Made by a program: the position numbers and the translations under genes. Below, one piece after another: positions 18,433 through 25,928 of a stretch of DNA of 33,551 bases. Positions within the stretch are counted from its first letter, which is position 1; each line of letters opens with the position of its first letter. Source of the DNA: Brevundimonas sp. (lineage in GTDB: Bacteria > Pseudomonadota > Alphaproteobacteria > Caulobacterales > Caulobacteraceae); contig NZ_DASWNO010000175.1 in NCBI RefSeq assembly GCF_036399195.1, forward strand, positions 1 through 33,551, given 5' to 3'. The notes under the pieces are model-generated. The model was not told the DNA's origin, searched no databases, and saw only the letters and a list, made by a program, of their open reading frames with translations.

Positions 18433-18433
18433 G

Positions 18434-18838
18434 TCAGATCTCCTCCGTGACGGCGCGCACCCGCAGCGCCGCAAATGTCCTGTGGCCGTCCGCGGCCGGA
18501 AACACGTCGGCGAAGGCGACCCGCAAGCCCACCGTCCGCACCCCGTCAGCCTCCACCACCGCGTCGCTCAACCGCGCCCGAACGGCCGCCAGAATGGCCT
18601 TGGCCTCCTCCGACCCGCGAAAACGCGACGCCGCCGTCAGTGTCAGCACATGTTCGACCCCGCCCCCGTCCGCGCGCACCGGACGGCTCTCGCTCCGTCC
18701 GATCAGCAGGTGCGGCAGCTCCGATGGCGCCGCGGCCGTCTCCGAAATCCGCGCCGGCGCCCCCAGCAGCGCCTGCAGCGCTGGGTCCGCCCGCAGATGC
18801 GCGATCAGCGCCTTCTGCAGCGCCAGTTCATGACTCAT
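18434..18838 (-). CDS. GTA tail terminator (DUF3168, g8)
   Basis: ELALQKAL.A.L.AD.AL.ALLG and C-terminal RVRAVTE. ATGA overlap with the upstream gene. Confidence 0.85.
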   Translation of the reverse strand: MSHELALQKALIAHLRADPALQALLGAPARISETAAAPSELPHLLIGRSESRPVRADGGGVEHVLTLTAASRFRGSEEAKAILAAVRARLSDAVVEADGVRTVGLRVAFADVFPAADGHRTFAALRVRAVTEEI

Positions 18839-19128
18839 CGGATCCGCTCCAGGTTCAGGATGGCCTGCCCGCCGACGGACTCTCCCGAGACGATCCGCCA
18901 GTCGCCGCCGCCGAACCTCAGCACCCGCCCGGGCGCCAGTCGCGCGTCCGCCCGCGTCTCCGCCGTGACCGACTCGATCGCCCGCCGCCCGCCCGCTTCT
19001 GACCGTTCGCGCCGTCTCCGCGCGCCCAGCTTCAGCCAGGCATGGCCCAGCAGCTCGTAGGACACCGCCAGCCCGCCATACGGCGTCTCCGCCTCGATCA
19101 GCTCGAACAGCTCCGCCAGCGTCTTCAC
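18835..19128 (-). CDS. GTA head closure/adaptor protein (g7-like)
   Basis: 97 aa, position in cluster, ETPYGG...W..L and R.D.RL..G..LRF...W.I pattern. GTGA overlap. Confidence 0.72.
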   Translation of the reverse strand: MKTLAELFELIEAETPYGGLAVSYELLGHAWLKLGARRRRERSEAGGRRAIESVTAETRADARLAPGRVLRFGGGDWRIVSGESVGGQAILNLERIR

Positions 19129-19391
19129 AGCCGCACCGCCCGATACGGCGCGATCCAGCCGTCAACCGGCCCCAGCGGCATCGCGGAGTCGCCGCGCTCA
19201 TAAGCCCGCAACGTCAGCATCAGGATCGCCAGCCTCAGCGGCGCCGGGCTGGTGGACGTCAGACTCAGCCCGACGTCCCTCTCCACCCGCGCCCGGGCCC
19301 CATCGATCAGCGTCTGGATCAGCCCGTCCTCCGCGTCATGCTCGACGCGCAGGAACAGCTTCGCCTCCGCCAGAGAGACGGGTGCGGTCAT
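19125..19391 (-). CDS. GTA head-tail connector (gp6-like)
   Basis: PVSLAEAKLFLRVEHDAED.LI..LI..AR..VE, P.PLRLAIL, IAPYR.VRL. RBS GAGGT. Confidence 0.88.
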   Translation of the reverse strand: MTAPVSLAEAKLFLRVEHDAEDGLIQTLIDGARARVERDVGLSLTSTSPAPLRLAILMLTLRAYERGDSAMPLGPVDGWIAPYRAVRL

Positions 19392-19417
19392 GGGCCACCT
19401 CAATTGTCTGAAAGAAA

Positions 19418-19500
19418 GTGGCTGGTGGTTGGTGACTGGTGATTGGCCGCGCATCGCGCCCCACCACCGCTCCAGCCACCAGTCACCGACCACCAATCAC
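19418..19500. repeat. Heptamer-unit inverted repeat, copy 1
   Basis: GTGGCTG GTGGTTG GTGACTG GTGATTG (19418-19445) ... CAGCCAC CAGTCAC CGACCAC CAATCAC (19473-19500). Confidence 0.9.
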
Positions 19501-19510
19501 CCGGCGAGCG

Positions 19511-20776
19511 TCAGCTCGCGCTGAACTTCATCACCTTGATCGCGTCGAAGTTCTGCACGCCGCCGCCCACGCGCTTGGTCGTGTAGAACAGCACATAGGG
19601 CTTGGCCGAATACGGATCCCTCAGCACCCGCACCCCGGCCCGGTCGACGATGAGATAGCCGCGCTGGAAGTCGCCGAAGGCGATGGCCGCGCTGTTCGCC
19701 GCCACGTCGGGCATGGTCTCGATCTCGGTGACGCGATAGCCGAGCAGGCTCGCCGTATCCCCCGCCCGCTGCGCCGGCTGCCAGATGTAGTTGCCGTCCG
19801 CGTCCTTGAACTTGCGCACAGCCGAGACCGTCCTGCGGTTCATCACGAACCGCCCGTTCGGCCGGTACTGGGCCTTGGGCGCATAGACCAGGTCGATCAG
19901 CCGGTCGGTCGGGCTACTCCCGGCGAAGGCCCCCGCGCCGCCCGAGGCCACATAGCCGATCTCGCCCCACACCGCGCTGGCGTCGGCCACGATCGGATAG
20001 CTCAGAAAGCCCTTGGGCTTGTTGACTCCGTCGCCCATGACGAAGGCCGTGGTCTCCTGCGCCGCGAAGGCGTCCTCGACCTCGGCCGCCAGCCATTCGT
20101 CCAGGTCGATCAGGGCGTCGTCCAGCAACGACTGGGTCGCCGCCGGGTTGGCGTACAGATCCGCCGCGGGGAACTCGAGCAGCGCGAGCGTCGCCGGATC
20201 GGTCTCCGGCCGCGCAGCCGTCTCGGCGACCCAGCCCGAGGCTACGCCCGCCGTCGACACGGGCTTGCGGAACACGCCCGCGCCCACGGTCCGCACGGTG
20301 GCGATCTCGCGCATCGGCGACCCCGCCATCAGCCGGCGCTCGATCGCCCTCTCGGTCTGCTCCGGCACCACATAGCCGGCCGAGTTCGACGCCGTGCTCA
20401 ACCCCGCCTTCAGCTCCAGCCCGAACGACGCCCCTGTCTTCAGATACCCGTCAAAGGCCGCCTTCGTCTCGTCCATTCCTCCCCCCATGGGGGAGGTGGC
20501 TCGGCCAACGGCCGAGGCGGAGGGGGCCTCGGCGCCGGACTCGATCGCCGGCCGCCTTCCCTCGCTCACCACCCGGTCCAGCCGCGCCTGCGCCGCCCCG
20601 ACCGCCTGGTCGATCCGCGCCACCTTCTCCTCCAGCAGCGTGTCGGCCGACGCCTTCCGCTCAATCTCGTCCAGCCGGGCGTCGTTCGCCCCTTTGAACG
20701 CCTCGAACGCCGCCATCATCTCGTGCATGGCCGCGCGCGCCTCCGGCGAGGCGGAAGCCTGTTTGGTCTCTTTCAT
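19511..20776 (-). CDS. GTA major capsid protein (HK97 fold, g5)
   Basis: MKETK..., AFEAFK.ANDARL, GY.VP..TE..I, GWVAETAARPET, A.PAATQ.LLDDA, GDG.NKPKGFL, FGDF.RGYLIVDR.G.RVLRDPYSAKPYVLFYTTKRVGGGVQNF. Confidence 0.97.
   Translation of the reverse strand: MKETKQASASPEARAAMHEMMAAFEAFKGANDARLDEIERKASADTLLEEKVARIDQAVGAAQARLDRVVSEGRRPAIESGAEAPSASAVGRATSPMGGGMDETKAAFDGYLKTGASFGLELKAGLSTASNSAGYVVPEQTERAIERRLMAGSPMREIATVRTVGAGVFRKPVSTAGVASGWVAETAARPETDPATLALLEFPAADLYANPAATQSLLDDALIDLDEWLAAEVEDAFAAQETTAFVMGDGVNKPKGFLSYPIVADASAVWGEIGYVASGGAGAFAGSSPTDRLIDLVYAPKAQYRPNGRFVMNRRTVSAVRKFKDADGNYIWQPAQRAGDTASLLGYRVTEIETMPDVAANSAAIAFGDFQRGYLIVDRAGVRVLRDPYSAKPYVLFYTTKRVGGGVQNFDAIKVMKFSAS
20478..20527. repeat. 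Palindromic CCTCCCCC/GGGGGAGG element inside the capsid gene
   Basis: CCTCCCCC-CAT-GGGGGAGG-TGGC-TCGGCC-AAC-GGCCGA-GGC-GGAGGGGG. Same architecture as 25793-25838. Confidence 0.7.
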
Positions 20777-20867
20777 TTGTGCTCCAGTGAAAGGACGACG
20801 CATCGCGCCGTCGTCGCCCGGACGGTCAGCCGCCCGATTTCCTCGCAGGCCCCCGGAGGCGCCGTCA

Positions 20868-21614
20868 GTGTTCACCCGTCTTGAATCCGCCGTCCTCGAC
20901 GCCCTCGCGTGGGACCTGCGCGACATCGCCCCTGACCTCGCCGGCCAGTTCGCCGACAGCCGTCCGGACCGCCGCCGGAACACCGGCTCGGGCCTTTTCA
21001 CCGAGATCATTGTCGATCCGTTCCGCGCCGCTCCCCTGACCCAGCCCGACGGCCGTTTCGGCACGGTTCACGCCATGGTCGCCGACCTGCCCGACCCGAT
21101 CGCCTTCACGGCCGAGCTGCGCCACGGCCGGCTGCTGGCGCTGCACGGCGACGCCTACGGCCAGGACACGCGCCACATCGACTTCCAGACCGCGCCCTTC
21201 GATCAGGTCTTCACCGTCGACCCCGACGGCGTGTCCCTCCCCTACGACGCGGGCGCGGGCCTGCCCGACGAGGCGGTTCTGACACTGGACCAGCCCGCGC
21301 CCCGACCGCCCGCCCCCGCAGCGGACACCCTGGCCCGGCTCGATCGCCAGCCTGATCCGGACCCGTTCGCCATGCGCGCAGGCGACGCTCCCCAAGCCGC
21401 CTCGTCGGCCGAGGACGACCTGTCCCTCCTCATCGGCGTCTGGGTCGCCATCGCCGCCCTCACGGCCATCCTCTTCATCGTCACCGACCTCGGCCTCGCC
21501 TTGCTGCTCCCCGCAGGCTGGGCCGCCGTCGCCGTTCGTCGCCCCAGGGTCCTCGCCGCCGTCAGACGCGGCCTGGAGACCTGGCGCGCCGCCCGGGCGA
21601 AGTCACAGTCCTGA
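20868..21614 (+). CDS. Hypothetical protein, soluble N-domain + Pro/Ala linker + C-terminal TM helices
   Basis: GTG start with GGAGG RBS, host-like codon use, R.NTG.G.FT motif, hydrophobic C-terminus. Fills the gap between protease and MCP. Confidence 0.72.
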   Translation: MFTRLESAVLDALAWDLRDIAPDLAGQFADSRPDRRRNTGSGLFTEIIVDPFRAAPLTQPDGRFGTVHAMVADLPDPIAFTAELRHGRLLALHGDAYGQDTRHIDFQTAPFDQVFTVDPDGVSLPYDAGAGLPDEAVLTLDQPAPRPPAPAADTLARLDRQPDPDPFAMRAGDAPQAASSAEDDLSLLIGVWVAIAALTAILFIVTDLGLALLLPAGWAAVAVRRPRVLAAVRRGLETWRAARAKSQS

Positions 21615-22026
21615 ACCGCGCGCCCGGCAGCATCGGAAACGTCACCAGCGACACCTCCCACAGCTCCACCTCGACCAGCACCCTCAGCCGCCCTTCGCGC
21701 CGCGCCCGGCTGCTGCGGAAGCCGATCGACAGCCCGTCCAACGCCCCGGCGCCGGCCAGCCCCCGGGCGAACCGCGCCTCCGCCGACCAGTCATGGATCC
21801 AGCCCCGGACCAACAGCCCGCGCTCGTCCTCCTCGATCTCGTCCCACACGCCGACCGCCGCCCGCCCCTCGTGCTGGTGCAGCATCCGCACGCCCCGCGC
21901 GCCGGTCCGCGCCAGACTCGCGGCGAACGCTCCTCTCGCCACCACGTCCCCGTTCAGGTCCGCCACGCCCCACAGCGACGCATAGCCCTCGATTCTCAGC
22001 CCCGCTTCGACCGCCGTGTCGCTCAC
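21562..22026 (-). CDS. GTA prohead protease (HK97 family, g4)
   Basis: IEGYASLWG.ADLNGDVV.RGAF, RML.QH, GVWD...ED.RGL, DGLSIGFR, ELWEVSLVTFPMLP.AR. GTG start overlaps the upstream stop. Confidence 0.93.
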   Translation of the reverse strand: MSDTAVEAGLRIEGYASLWGVADLNGDVVARGAFAASLARTGARGVRMLHQHEGRAAVGVWDEIEEDERGLLVRGWIHDWSAEARFARGLAGAGALDGLSIGFRSSRARREGRLRVLVEVELWEVSLVTFPMLPGARFRTVTSPGRRARSPGRV

Positions 22027-22250
22027 GATCCGGTCTCCAGCCGCCGCTCCACCCGCTCCACCGCCGCCCGCGTGGCCAGGCTCTGCTCCTCCAGCCGGGC
22101 CAGCCGCTCCGCCACCAGCCGCTGCTCCCCGAGCCGTTCCTCCAGCGTCCCGATCCGCGCCGCCGCCCCGCCGGCCCACACCAGCCCGCACACCGTCTGC
22201 ACCGCCAGCGCGGCGATCACGGCGGCCGGCATTTTGCGAATGTCGTTCAT
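22023..22250 (-). CDS. Small GTA protein between portal and protease (TM + coiled coil)
   Basis: 75 aa, GGAGG RBS, hydrophobic N-terminal helix then a heptad-rich tail. GTGA coupling to the protease gene. Confidence 0.75.
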   Translation of the reverse strand: MNDIRKMPAAVIAALAVQTVCGLVWAGGAAARIGTLEERLGEQRLVAERLARLEEQSLATRAAVERVERRLETGS

Positions 22251-22266
22251 GCCTGCCTCCGATTGA

Positions 22267-22367
22267 GTGATTGGTGGCTGGTGGCTGGTGGCTGCTCGCC
22301 ATCACATTGGCCCGCCGGCTCGCTCTGACCACTAGCCACTGGCCACCAGTCACCAGCCACCAACCAC
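22267..22367. repeat. Heptamer-unit inverted repeat, copy 2
   Basis: GTGATTG (GTGGCTG)x3 (22267-22294) ... TGACCAC TAGCCAC TGGCCAC CAGTCAC CAGCCAC CAACCAC (22326-22367). Confidence 0.9.
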
Positions 22368-22371
22368 CCCT

Positions 22372-23532
22372 TCAATCCCCCACCCCCGCCATCCTTCGCC
22401 GCTCCTCGTCGCTCAGAAACGCCGCTGCGTTCAGCCGCGCCCACAGCGCGTCCCGCTCCGGCTGCAGCGCCGGCAGCGCCTCCAGATCGGCCTCGATCCG
22501 CACCCCCTTGAACCGCCCGCCCAGCCACACCGTCAGCGCCGCCGCCGTCTTGCGCACCAGCGGCACGACCGTCCCCCGCCAGAAGGCGGCGTTGGCCTCG
22601 CGATAGTTGGCGTAGGTCGCGTCGCCCGGAATGCCCAGCAGCTGCGGCGGAACGCCGAAGGCCAGCGCGATCTCCCGCGCCGCCGCGTGCTTGCCGGCGA
22701 TGAAATCCATCTCGGCCGGCGTCCAGCTCATCGGCTTCCAGTCCAGCCCGCCCTCGAGGATCAGCGGCCGCCCGGCGTTCATCGTCCCAGCCTGGGTCTC
22801 GTTGATCTGGCTCCGCAGCGCATCGAACTGCTCGGCCGTCAGCCGCTCGCCTTCCTTCGCCCCATAGACCAGCGCCCCCGACGGCCGCGCCGCATTGTCC
22901 AGCAGCGCCTTGTTCCAGGCGCCAGAGGCGTTGTGCACGTCGATCGCCGCCGCCGCCGCCTCCAGCGGCGAGAAGCCGTAGTGGTCGTCGGTCGGATGAA
23001 ACAGCTTCAGCTGCATCACCGGCATCCAGCCGTCCGCCCCTCGCCCGATCCGCACCGACCGCCCTTCGACCGAATAGTCATAGGCCTCGGCCCACCCTGC
23101 GCGGCCTGGAACTACCTTCACCCGGTCCGGCCGCAGGGTCCAAAGCTCCTCCGGCTCGTCGTCGCCCACCGCCTCGGCATAGGCGTTCCCCGCCGTCTGC
23201 AGCGCGCCATACAGACCTTCCAGCCACTCGGCCCCCGACTGCTCCGGGTTCGGCCGCGCCAGCAGCCGGGCCAGCGCATGATCCTCGCGCCTTGCGCCAT
23301 CCGCGAACACCGCAAGCGGCGTCGCCGCCGCCGCCTCAGCGATCATGCGGATGCAGCGATAGGCCACCGGGTTCTTGCCGAACCCCTCGGCCGCCAGATG
23401 GGCGTAGTCCCTCGGCGTCCACCGCGCCCGCCCGCCGCTGGTCAGGGCGATCAGCGGCCCGCTCCGGCTGTCCTTGGTCTCGGGCGCAGCCTCGCGCCCG
23501 CGGCGGCCGGTCGGCCAGCGCAGCTTCGCCAT
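22372..23532 (-). CDS. GTA portal protein (HK97 family, g3)
   Basis: WTPRDY..LA.EGF.KNPVAYRC, LL.RPN..Q, GNAY, LRPDRV, HP.DDHYG.SP, WNKALLDNAARPSGAL, LEGGLDWK, FGVPPQLLGIPGD.TYANY.EAN. Confidence 0.96.
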   Translation of the reverse strand: MAKLRWPTGRRGREAAPETKDSRSGPLIALTSGGRARWTPRDYAHLAAEGFGKNPVAYRCIRMIAEAAAATPLAVFADGARREDHALARLLARPNPEQSGAEWLEGLYGALQTAGNAYAEAVGDDEPEELWTLRPDRVKVVPGRAGWAEAYDYSVEGRSVRIGRGADGWMPVMQLKLFHPTDDHYGFSPLEAAAAAIDVHNASGAWNKALLDNAARPSGALVYGAKEGERLTAEQFDALRSQINETQAGTMNAGRPLILEGGLDWKPMSWTPAEMDFIAGKHAAAREIALAFGVPPQLLGIPGDATYANYREANAAFWRGTVVPLVRKTAAALTVWLGGRFKGVRIEADLEALPALQPERDALWARLNAAAFLSDEERRRMAGVGD

Positions 23533-23552
23533 CGTCTTCCTTCCTGTCAGGT

Positions 23553-24800
23553 TCAGAGCACCCGTACGCTCGGTCCCGGCCTCGGCGCCGGCAGCAGATG
23601 CGTCACTGCCCAGACCAGGGCGTCCGCCCGGTCCGGACTCGGCCCGCCGTCCGACGAGCCCAGCGCCATCAGTTCTTCCTCCAGCGCCGGAAAGGCGCCG
23701 CAGTGGACCACCCGCCCCTGCTCGTACAGCGCCGCCACCGGCTCCGCCCGCGCCGCCTTGCCCCGGTGGGCGTGGACCAGCTTGATCGGAACCTCGCAGC
23801 CGGCGTGCGCCAGCACTGTCCGCACCATGTCGCCGCCCTGGTTGGCCTCGGCCACGATCGCGGCCGCTCCGAAATCCCTTGCCGCGGCCGCAACCTCGCC
23901 GGCCCAGCCGCCCGGCGACCGTCCCTTCACCGACCGGTCCGCCAGCACATAGGCCCGCTTCTCCCGCCGGCCGACCACCACGATCCCGCAAGCGTCGCCG
24001 CCCGCGCTCGCCGGTGGATCAACCGCCACCACGACGCGCTCCAGCGTCGCCGGCCGCCCGCCCCGCGCCCGAGCCAGATCCTCGGCCCGGAAGAGGGCGC
24101 CGTCCCGCTCGACCACCAGTCCCTCCAGTTCCTGCGCCTCCAGCCGCGTTCCGCCGTACAGCGCCTGCAGCCGCGCCACGAAGCCCGGCGACAGGTTGGC
24201 GGCGTTCGCCTGAGTCCCCGCCCGCTCCAGATGCAACCCGTCTTCCGCCAGCAGACGCCTCAGCGCCGGCAGCGGCCTGGGCGTCGTGGTCAGGATCAGC
24301 CTCGGCGCGTCGCCCAGCCTCAACCCGAGCCGCAGATTGGTCAGCACCGCCTCCGGCTTGCGCCAGGCGCAGAACTCGTCCGCCCACGCGTCATGGAACT
24401 GCGGCCCGCGCAGACTGTCCGGATCCTCCGCCGAGAAGGCATGGGCTTCGCTCCCGTTCTTCCACACCAGTCGCTTCCGACCGCCTTCCCAGCGCGGCCG
24501 CTCATCCCCCGTGTGCAACGCCTTCAGCCCCGACGGCCCCTCGACCATCACCTCTCGCACGTCGTGCAGCGTCGGCCCCACCAGCGCGATCCGCCGCCCC
24601 CGCGACCTGGCGATGTGGTCGATCCACCAGGCGCCGGCGAACGTCTTGCCGGCGCCGCGTCCGCCCAGCAGCACCCAGGTGCGCCAGTCGCTCAGCCCCG
24701 GCGACTGATGTCTAAGCAGGTTGAACCGGCTCTCTGCCAGCGCGTGCAGTCGGCCAGCATCCAGGCTCGACAGATAGTCCCTTCTGCTCGAAGGCGGCAT
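23553..24800 (-). CDS. GTA large terminase (g2)
   Basis: Walker A GGRGAGKT, LRGPQF..AWADE (Walker B), TTTP, nuclease VVAVDPP..DACGI, AEANQGG, SPDRADALVWA. Start uncertain (24800 or 24866). Confidence 0.95.
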   Translation of the reverse strand: MPPSSRRDYLSSLDAGRLHALAESRFNLLRHQSPGLSDWRTWVLLGGRGAGKTFAGAWWIDHIARSRGRRIALVGPTLHDVREVMVEGPSGLKALHTGDERPRWEGGRKRLVWKNGSEAHAFSAEDPDSLRGPQFHDAWADEFCAWRKPEAVLTNLRLGLRLGDAPRLILTTTPRPLPALRRLLAEDGLHLERAGTQANAANLSPGFVARLQALYGGTRLEAQELEGLVVERDGALFRAEDLARARGGRPATLERVVVAVDPPASAGGDACGIVVVGRREKRAYVLADRSVKGRSPGGWAGEVAAAARDFGAAAIVAEANQGGDMVRTVLAHAGCEVPIKLVHAHRGKAARAEPVAALYEQGRVVHCGAFPALEEELMALGSSDGGPSPDRADALVWAVTHLLPAPRPGPSVRVL

Positions 24801-25122
24801 CGAGCTCAGAGAGACGGGACTCAAGCTCGGCGCGGATGCGCTGCAGATTTTCGGGGCTGTCGTCACGTTCGATCATCTCGTCCTCGTTGCCGTCGTCGCT
24901 GCTCCCACGACCAACCGGGATCACCAGCGACGCGGCCAGCTTGGCGGCCCGAACAGCGCCCTCGACCGCGCGGAAGAACCGCTGCGCCCCCAGAGCGTCG
25001 CCGGGCTTGAATGTCTCTTGTTTCAGCGTCTGCAGTCCGCCCTCGATCATGTCTTCGGCCACGTCGTAGACGCGCCCGACGAAGGCCCGCGCCCGCTCCG
25101 CCCTGTCCTGATTTCCCGACAT
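24712..25122 (-). CDS. First gene of GTA operon, probable small terminase (g1)
   Basis: 136-aa helical ORF directly upstream of and overlapping terL. Function inferred from position only. Confidence 0.6.
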   Translation of the reverse strand: MSGNQDRAERARAFVGRVYDVAEDMIEGGLQTLKQETFKPGDALGAQRFFRAVEGAVRAAKLAASLVIPVGRGSSDDGNEDEMIERDDSPENLQRIRAELESRLSELDAAFEQKGLSVEPGCWPTARAGREPVQPA

Positions 25123-25253
25123 GCCCAAAGTGTACGGCGCCAGCGCACCTCGGCGGGAAGATCGCCGCCAGAAATGCACAACCCATTGGCGAACCACGTC
25201 TCTCGTCCCCCAACGCGACTATAGGTCGTGGAACCGCCGCCGCAGCGGCGCCT

Positions 25254-25745
25254 TCAGCCTTCGCCGCCCGGGGCGTCGCCCGTGCCGCGTTCAGGGATCC
25301 ACTCCGGCGCCTCGAAATCCAGCGCGTCCTCGCTCTCCTTGAGCGCGTTCTCCGACACCGTCTGCCGCTTCACCGAAACCCCCGCCGCGTGGACGCTGTC
25401 GGGATCGCCGGACACCAGCGGATGCCACGCCGCCAGCCCCCGGCCCTCGTTGATCCGGCGGTAGGCGCAGGACATAGGCATCCACCCCAGCGCCTCGATG
25501 TTCCATGGCGTCAGCTTGATGCAGTCCGGCACATGCTCACGCCGATTGGCGTAGTCGGTGCAGGTGCAGCGCACCGGGTCGAACAGCTTGCAGTGCACCC
25601 GCGTGGGAACCACGTCGCCGGTGTCCTCGTCCTGGAACCGGACCAGGCAGCACAGCCCGCACCCGTCGCACAGGCTCTCCCACTCCTCGCGGGTCATCTG
25701 CTCCAGACGCTTGGTCTGCCAGAAGGGTTTCACGATCTCGACCAT
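25254..25745 (-). CDS. YcgN family cysteine cluster protein (UPF0260)
   Basis: PFW..K.L..M...[17 protein letters not shown]...VPDC..LT, W.P.SCAYR, WHPL.SG. Confidence 0.93.
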   Translation of the reverse strand: MVEIVKPFWQTKRLEQMTREEWESLCDGCGLCCLVRFQDEDTGDVVPTRVHCKLFDPVRCTCTDYANRREHVPDCIKLTPWNIEALGWMPMSCAYRRINEGRGLAAWHPLVSGDPDSVHAAGVSVKRQTVSENALKESEDALDFEAPEWIPERGTGDAPGGEG

Positions 25746-25792
25746 CAGAGCGCGGCTCCTTACTCCGTCGGGCGTCCGAAGTCTCCCACCGT

Positions 25793-25838
25793 CTCCTCCC
25801 CCTCTGGGGTAGGGGGACCGCGAAGCGGTGGAGAGGGC
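25793..25838. repeat. Intergenic palindromic CCTCCCC/GGGG element
   Basis: CTCCTCCCC-CTCT-GGGGTAGGGG-G-ACCGC-GAA-GCGGT-GGAGAGGG between divergent ycgN and the ABC-F gene. Confidence 0.7.
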
Positions 25839-25928
25839 TCTCCGCGCAGCGGACTCTGGCGAACCCCGCCCATATCCCCTAGATCAGCGCCGCCCCGCCC
25901 TCCCCGTGCGGGCGTCCCCAAGGTTCCC

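Larger units (their letters stand above)
10917..25122 (-). mobile_element. Gene transfer agent (RcGTA/CcGTA-like) head-tail gene cluster
   Basis: Canonical order terS?-terL-portal-small ORF-protease-MCP-connector-adaptor-DUF3168-tail tube-chaperones-TMP-DUF2460-DUF2163-NlpC/P60-megatron in ~14 kb. No integrase, repressor or replication genes. Host-like GC. Confidence 0.95.

Noticed and set aside
20777-21064. Extended MCP N-terminus (517 aa ORF) and extended portal/protease ORFs
   Set aside because: Extensions overlap neighbouring genes. RBS-supported starts lie at 20776, 23532 and 22026.
19418-22367. CRISPR array interpretation of the heptamer repeats
   Set aside because: Units are 7-nt tandem and inverted, with no repeat-spacer periodicity and no cas genes.
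10917-25122. Prophage interpretation
   Set aside because: No integrase, att-like repeats, repressor or replication genes. Size, order and g12-g15 content match a GTA.
25011-25928. N-terminal extension making the ABC-F 912 aa
   Set aside because: Overlaps terS and ycgN on the other strand. The ABC domain starts right after ATG 25929.
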